Assembly: GCF_006345805.1 (NCBI RefSeq)
Contig: NW_021830046.1
Coordinates: 1-5,470, forward strand
DNA length: 5,470 nucleotides
Direction of reading: 5' to 3'
Origin: Octopus sinensis
Lineage: Eukaryota
Shown here piece by piece: positions 1-5,470 of the stretch (the stretch's first letter is position 1; each line of letters begins with the position of its first letter). The translations under genes and the position numbers were made by a program. Below the pieces are notes generated by a model. The model searched no databases. It was given only the letters and a program-made list of their open reading frames with translations, and was not told the origin of the DNA.

Positions 1-1396
1 GGGCATCCCGCGAGAATTTGGATGCGGTCGAGCGTGTCTGCACACGCGGACGACGTCACCGTCATAGTGTCAAGCCACGAGCACATCGAGCTGGTCGGCG
101 AGACACTGAAAGACTACGAAGCGGTGACAGGAGCAAAAATTAACCGGGAAAAGTCAGTGGGCTTGCGGCTCGGCACCTGGAGAAGCAAGCCCATGCCGTC
201 CACCAGTTCCTCCGTTGTGGGACGCTGGACAGATAGCCCGGTTGAGTTGCTCGGGGTCTGGTTCGGTCCGGACCTCCAAATGGAGAAGAACTGGAACGAG
301 ATAACGAGTAGGGTGGTCACTCTCGCCCGGCAATAGGCCGAGAGGAAACTGTCCCTAAAAGGTCGGGCGGAGGTGGCGAACACGTACATCGCGTCCATCA
401 TCTACTACCGCCTGACCGTCGTGCCTTGTCCCGACTCTACCATCACCAAACTAGAACGCATTCTCTTCCGCTTCTTGTGGAAAGGATGCGTCCCGATGAT
501 CAGGCGATCCGTTTGCTGTCAACACCCGTTAAAAGGAGGGCTGGGCATGCCATGGTTGATGATGTGCAGACACGCGCTGAGACTGCGACATCTCCGGCTC
601 TATGTAGACGATGGTGAACAGGTGTGGTCGCCGTTTCTGAGGCACGCGTTCCCGCAGCTCGTCTCCATGACCGAACTGCAGTCGTGGATCAAAAAGAGGC
701 CGAGGAAGGGCGAATGGAACCGCGAGTGTCGCGTTGCTCTCAAGCAACTCTGCCGTCCCAGGTCGACCTTGAGTGACTTCAACACAACCAAAGCATTCTA
801 TAGGGGATTAGTGGAGGGGAGGTACGACGACGATCTTGGGGCAAACCTAGGCGTCGACGAGGAATACCTGACCCGCCTGTTTGAAACGACTTTCGGGCCG
901 GGACCTATGGACAACTTCCAGAGATCCCTGGCCTGGCGGTGCAACCGAGAAGCGCTACCCGTTCAGGATAAGCTCTATAGGCATGGCTCGAGAAACACGG
1001 GGCCGACCTGCCCGAGATGCGGGCAGAGCGATGAAACCGCTCTGCACGCAATCGTGCAGTGTCCAACAATCTCCGACCTGTGGGCTTATGTCGAACGACT
1101 GCTGTCACGCGTGGGACGTGTCGGTTTATCAGCCGAGTCTATCGTTAATATCGTCACGCCCCCTTCCTTCAAACGGGAAGGAAGAGCTATTTTTATCATA
1201 CTTGTGGCTATGGCGAAAGAATGTATCTGGTGGACGCGCTGAAAGGATTAAAGACAAAACACTTCCTCTCTGGTCAATCTCTCATCAACTTCGTCAAGTA
1301 TCACTTGCAGAGGAAAGTGAGAGTAGAGCGGCAAGTTTTGTCTAGTGATGTTTTAAAAAAAGATGGGTGAATGTAGCAAGGATGGCAGTAGAATGA
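1..1396 (+). pseudogene. Disrupted ORF2 (reverse transcriptase C-terminal half plus CCHC zinc-binding domain) of a Tx1/L1-type LINE
   Basis: Frame +1 has SAHADDVTV (YADD-type catalytic motif, H at 43-45), GAKINREKS, LLGVWF, LSLKGRAEVANTY, KGGLG and CPRC-X8-H-X4-C (1009-1062). ORFs 22-336 and 373-1242 are in the same frame, split by TAG at 334-336 (likely from TGG). A probable frameshift near 1239 continues as LKGLKTKHFLSGQSLINFVKYHLQRKVRVER, and another near 1350 continues as FKKRWVNVARMAVE* (stop 1394-1396). Confidence 0.9.
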
Positions 1397-1498
1397 CGAA
1401 GCCACCGTGACTATGATTCTATGAACCGTAAAATTAATACAGAGAGTGCTTATTTGCAAAAAAAAAAAAGAAGAAAATATAACATGACTTCATTGACC

Positions 1499-1546
1499 GA
1501 GGTTACCGTGGTCTTTCCGTAGGCTTTTCTTTCCACGGTAAACCTC
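1499..1546 (+). other. Stem-loop in the LINE 3' UTR
   Basis: gaggttaccgtgg (1499-1511) pairs with ccacggtaaacctc (1533-1546): 13 bp with one bulged A and a 21-nt pyrimidine-rich loop. Confidence 0.7.
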
Positions 1547-1745
1547 ACCGTCCTCCCCTTTACACTTCATATTGACATTTCTGTGATAACGATCCTATTG
1601 ATAAATTCCCCCCTTTTTTGTCCTCTTTCTTTCCTTTACGATCCCTTTTGATCGAAAACCAAAACCCCCTTTTTTACCCCCAAAAGAAAGCTCTACCTTG
1701 TAATTTGTCCTGTCTGTGTGCAGCCCTGTGTGGCTAAAAAGAAAC

Positions 1746-1884
1746 ATATCTATCTATCTATCTATATCTATATTAATAAAACTATATTTAAGTTTATATA
1801 CATACATATCTATTTATCCATCTATCTATCTATCTATCTATCTATCTACCTACCTACCCACCTACCTACCTACCTATCTATCTG

Positions 1885-1933
<49 letters not shown>

Positions 1934-1948
1934 ATATATATATATATA
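1746..1948. repeat. Compound microsatellite (TATC)n/(TACC)n/(TA)n
   Basis: Direct reading: TATC arrays with an AT-rich interruption at about 1770-1805, a TACC block at about 1847-1875, and a TA run at 1931-1948. Confidence 0.97.
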
Positions 1949-2148
1949 GTGACCCCCTTCGGTCATGAATGACCATGGGATTGCACCTAGAAAGTTACCC
2001 TCCGAGGCACAAGTTTGGGCAAGGTTGTTTACGGAAGACTAGCAGTCGCCCACGCATACCAGCCTCCCCTCTCCACGCTCCCGATATTATCCAAGGGAAA
2101 GGAAAAGGGGCCATTACAACTTGGCACCAATGACGTCGCAGCTCATTT
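1949..2148 (-). mobile_element. Probable 3' fragment of a SINE (head missing)
   Basis: GC-richer block with terminal hairpins (tgacc..ggtca; ggtcat-ga-atgacc at 1961-1974) abutting (TA)n. It resembles a common octopus SINE 3' half as I recall it; there is no second copy in the window to confirm. Confidence 0.55.
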
Positions 2149-2448
2149 ATTAACGTGCAAGTGGCTGAGCACTCCACAGACGCGTGTGCCCATAACGTAG
2201 TTCTCGGAGAGATTCAGTGTGACAAAGCTGGCCCTGTGAAATACAGGTACAACAGAAACAGGAAGAAAGAGTGAGAGAAAGTTGTGGTGAAAGACTCCAG
2301 CAGTGTTCAACACCAGTCCCTGCGGGAGCCTCGTGGTGCTTTAGATGTTTTCGCTTAATAAACACTCACAATGCCCGGTCTGGGAATCGAAACCGCGATC
2401 CTACGACCGCGAGTCCGCTGCCCTAACCACTGGGCCATTGCACCTCCA
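2149..2448 (-). mobile_element. tRNA-derived SINE (head/body related to the copies at 3510-3824 and 4048-4350, different 3' part)
   Basis: Minus-strand A box TGGCCCAGTGG (2427-2437) and B box GTTTCGATTCC (within 2382-2394). Positions ~2259-2448 align with 4048-4233 (e.g. cacaactttctctca-tcttt). The boundary at 2149 is inferred. Confidence 0.85.
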
Positions 2449-2927
<479 letters not shown>

Positions 2928-2928
2928 G

Positions 2929-2958
2929 TATATATATATATTATCTATATATATATAA
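2929..2958. repeat. Imperfect (TA)n microsatellite
   Basis: Direct reading; forms the right flank of the fold-back element. Confidence 0.9.
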
Positions 2959-3509
2959 TAGGATATATAACATAGAACTTTAAAATATTTCGTTGGTATA
3001 TGTAAGCGTGTGGCGCAAAGTATCTTTCTTCATTGTAAATATTGAAGATAATATATAATTTCAATGCTTCCTTAACGATATTAAAATAAAATTCATACGA
3101 TACTGTTATAAAGGATTTCGATGACTCTCACTTCTTTTCTATGATTTGAAATAAGTCGTATCATATCGAATCTGAATTACCTCAATGAGTGGATGGAAAT
3201 CGCCAATTACAAACTTACGAACCGATCTAAACGTCAAATATGGTTTGCTTAAAAATTACGTCAGCGGTATCGGAGATGCAATAGGATAATGAAATACACG
3301 TCTTCCAACAGATTCTTAAGAAACTTCTCAAGAAAAAACCCAGACTGTCCTCATCAGCTATTACTTTATAATTTTTTTAGGATTTGCTTCTGGTTTAGTT
3401 CTCTATTCATGCCTGAATCTGATACCTACTCGTATATCACATCTTGATTATGCGTACAGAATGCAGCTAGCAATTTGATCATGTATGATACATCATATAT
3501 TATACCAAA

Positions 3510-3824
3510 TGTTCTTTTGTTGTTTTTTTTGTATGTTCCTTCTGGAGCCATGTGTGGCTCATAAGGGCCGGTTTCCCGGTTTCCTTGGCGTATAGGTTCA
3601 CCACCTGGACGGGACGCCGGTCCGTCGCAGGTGAGCTGCAAGATGCAGGAGGAAAGAATGAGAGAAAGTTGTGGCGAAAGAGTCAGCAGAAGTTTGCCAT
3701 TACCTGCTGCCGGAGCCGCGTGGAGCTAAGGTATTTCGCTCATAAACACACACATGACCCGGTCTGAGATTCGAACACGTGATCCTTCGACCGCGAGCCC
3801 GCTGGTCTAACCACTAGGCCATGT
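3510..3824 (-). mobile_element. tRNA-derived SINE, near full length
   Basis: Minus-strand A box TGGCCTAGTGG (3811-3821), B box GTTCGAATC (3768-3776) and a degenerate (AAC)/A-rich tail at about 3510-3537. About 24 differences over ~290 nt to the copy at 4048-4350 by manual alignment. Confidence 0.93.
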
Positions 3825-4047
3825 AACCATTATATAAAACACCTCTCTTTACGCTGTTATTTTAAAAGCTTAACTTTAACGTTCCTTATTCTCGTTATAA
3901 TAAGATGGTACTGTTTCGACAAGCGATGCCCTTGCATGATGCTTTTTAAAGTGAGGAGAGGTCTTGCACTCAACCAGTCCCATTCTCTGAACAATGAAGA
4001 CAGATGCTGCAAAAAGAAGAGCTAGTCAAAATTACTAAGTGCTATCA

Positions 4048-4350
4048 TGGAAGCACATGGCCTAGTGGTTAGAGCAGCGGACTCGTGGTCGAGGGATCAC
4101 GGGTTCGAATCTCAGATCGGGCGATGTGTGTGTTTATGAGCGAACTACCTAAGCTCCACGCGTCTCCGGCAGCAGGTAATGGCAAACGTCTGCTGACTCT
4201 TTCGTCACAACTTTCTCTCAATCTTTCCTCCTGTATCTTGCAGCTCACCTACGACGGACCGGCGTCCCGTCCAGGTGGGGAACCTTTGCGCCAAGAAACC
4301 GGGAAACCGGCCCTTATGGGCCAGGCATGGCTCGAGAAGGAACAACAACA
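4048..4350 (+). mobile_element. tRNA-derived SINE, full length, same family as 3510-3824
   Basis: A box TGGCCTAGTGG (4058-4068), B box GGTTCGAATCT (4102-4112), ends in (AAC)3 at 4341-4350. Possible 7-bp TSD remnant tgctatc at 4040-4046 and 4357-4363. Confidence 0.93.
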
Positions 4351-4669
4351 GCTGGTTGCTATCGTGTCCCAGATTTTATATTTGGGTTTTCCTTTTCCTG
4401 CACTGATGTCCTGACAACCATTAAGGGTCACTCACCATACCTACATTTTTATTCCAATGGTTCTTTGCTGACTGAATGTGTTGGGCTGGCCCATTCTTGA
4501 AAACGTTTCAGTCCTCTGCACAACCAGCACGCTTTCTTCACCAAAGTCGATAACTACTGAAGAAACTACTGCTTTTCAAGAGAAATAACTTGACCAGTAT
4601 TAGATGGCCGTAGACTTTAACTAGTTCATCCGTCATTTAACAGATCTTTTCATCCATCAAACTGTCTGA

Positions 4670-4723
4670 TCTCTCTCTCTCTCTCTTGCACACACACACG
4701 CACGCGCGCGCACGCACACACAT
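4670..4723. repeat. (CT)n plus (CA)n/(CG)n compound microsatellite
   Basis: Direct reading. Confidence 0.92.
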
Positions 4724-4809
4724 CGGGATCATAAAGCTTCAATATGCAGCATGAGGAGTCTTAAAGACCTTAAGAAAGATATAAATGTTGTATGATTAAA
4801 TTTAGGCTT

Positions 4810-5217
4810 CTCTTTTCTCTTTTACTTGTTTCAGTCATTTGACTGCGGCCATGCTGGAGCACCGCCTTTAATCGAGCAACTCGACCCCGGGACTTATTCT
4901 TTGTAAGCCCAGTACTTATTCTATCGGTCTCTTTTTTGCCGAACCGCTAAGTGACGGGGACGTAAACACACCAGCATCGGTTGTCAAGCGATGCCAGGGG
5001 GACAAACACAGACACACAAACATATACACACACATACATATATATATATACATATATACGACAGGCTTCTTTCAGTTTCCGTCTACCAAATCCACTCACA
5101 AGGCATTGTCGGCCCGGGGCTATAGCAGAAGACACTTGCTCAAGATGCCACGTAGTGGGACTGAACCCGGAACCATGTGGTTGGTTAGCAAGCTACTTAC
5201 CACTCAGCCACTCCTGC
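4810..5217 (-). mobile_element. tRNA-derived SINE with an internal CA/TA microsatellite (second family)
   Basis: Minus-strand head gcaggagTGGCTGAGTGGtaag (A box 5200-5210), B box GGTTCAGTCCC (5157-5167), then cttgagcaagtgtctt. Internal CA/TA tract at about 5005-5059 and an A/G-rich tail (aaaagag repeats) at about 4810-4823. Matches my recollection of a very abundant octopus SINE. Confidence 0.85.
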
Positions 5218-5231
5218 TTGTTTATCTTTAG

Positions 5232-5459
5232 TATATATTTCTTTACTACCCACAAGGAGCTAAGCACAGAGGGGACAAACAAGGAGAGACAAACGGATTA
5301 AGTCGATTACATCGCCCCCAGTGCGAAACTGGTACTTTATCCCGAAAGGATGAAAGGCAAAGTCAACCTCGGCGGAATTTGAACTCAGAACGTAACGGCA
5401 GACGAAATTCTGCTAAGCATTCCGTCCAGCGTGCTAACAGTTCTGCCAGCTCACCGCCT
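5232..5459 (-). mobile_element. tRNA-derived SINE (third family) with target-site duplication and a LINE-like 3' tail
   Basis: Minus-strand A box TGGCAGAACTG (5438-5448), B box GAGTTCAAATTC (5375-5386) and central gactttgcctttcatcctttcggg motif. Flanked by the direct repeat tatctttag (5223-5231 and 5462-5470). Confidence 0.88.
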
Positions 5460-5470
5460 TCTATCTTTAG

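Larger units (their letters stand above)
1..1745 (+). mobile_element. 3' portion of a Tx1/L1-clade non-LTR retrotransposon (LINE); 5' part lies outside the window; degenerate copy
   Basis: RT and zinc-knuckle coding remnants at 1-1396 are followed by a ~350-nt 3' UTR with A-rich and pyrimidine-rich tracts. It ends at ...tgtgtggctaaaaagaaac (1745), immediately before (TATC)n. The 3' boundary is supported by homology of 1696-1745 to a SINE tail in this window. Confidence 0.88.

Noticed and set aside
114-1345. Alternative-frame and antisense ORFs over the LINE
   Set aside because: Shadow ORFs of GC-rich coding sequence with no recognisable motifs.
1458-1477. A12 tract as the LINE poly(A) end
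   Set aside because: Homology of 1696-1745 to a SINE tail and the intervening structured UTR favour a later 3' end; not fully excluded.
1716-1972. ORFs 1716-1949 and 1718-1972 (IYLS repeats)
   Set aside because: Translations of the (TATC)n microsatellite.
3372-3450. Possible splice acceptor (tttttttag) and host exon
   Set aside because: Stop codons follow shortly in the frames examined and no recognisable peptide results; AT-rich background produces such motifs often.
4048-4125. Functional tRNA genes at the SINE heads
   Set aside because: A/B boxes are present, but there is no convincing acceptor stem or cloverleaf, and each head continues into a repeat body.
3426-5301. ORFs 3426-3641, 3552-3767, 4085-4414, 4249-4431, 4947-5135 and 4981-5301
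   Set aside because: They lie within SINEs; their mutual peptide similarity simply reflects repeat copies.

Overview
Eukaryotic, repeat-dense non-coding window with no intact host gene. The SINE sequences look like abundant octopus (cephalopod) repeats; this is from my recollection, not a search. Positions 1-1745 are the decayed 3' part of a Tx1/L1-type non-LTR retrotransposon (RT C-terminus, CCHC zinc knuckle, 3' UTR) that runs directly into a (TATC)n microsatellite. Downstream are five tRNA-headed SINEs plus one probable SINE tail fragment, several microsatellites, and a ~320-bp fold-back element (105/107-bp inverted arms) sitting in (TA)n. Two observations stand out. (1) The fold-back element carries a minimal type I hammerhead-ribozyme motif in which the conserved C3-G8 pair is swapped to G3-C8 and stem III is palindromic, suggesting a Penelope-like pseudo-LTR. 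(2) The last ~50 nt of the Tx1-like LINE are homologous to the 3' tail of the SINE at 5232-5459, a candidate LINE/SINE partner pair. The other ORFs in the track are artefacts of repeats.
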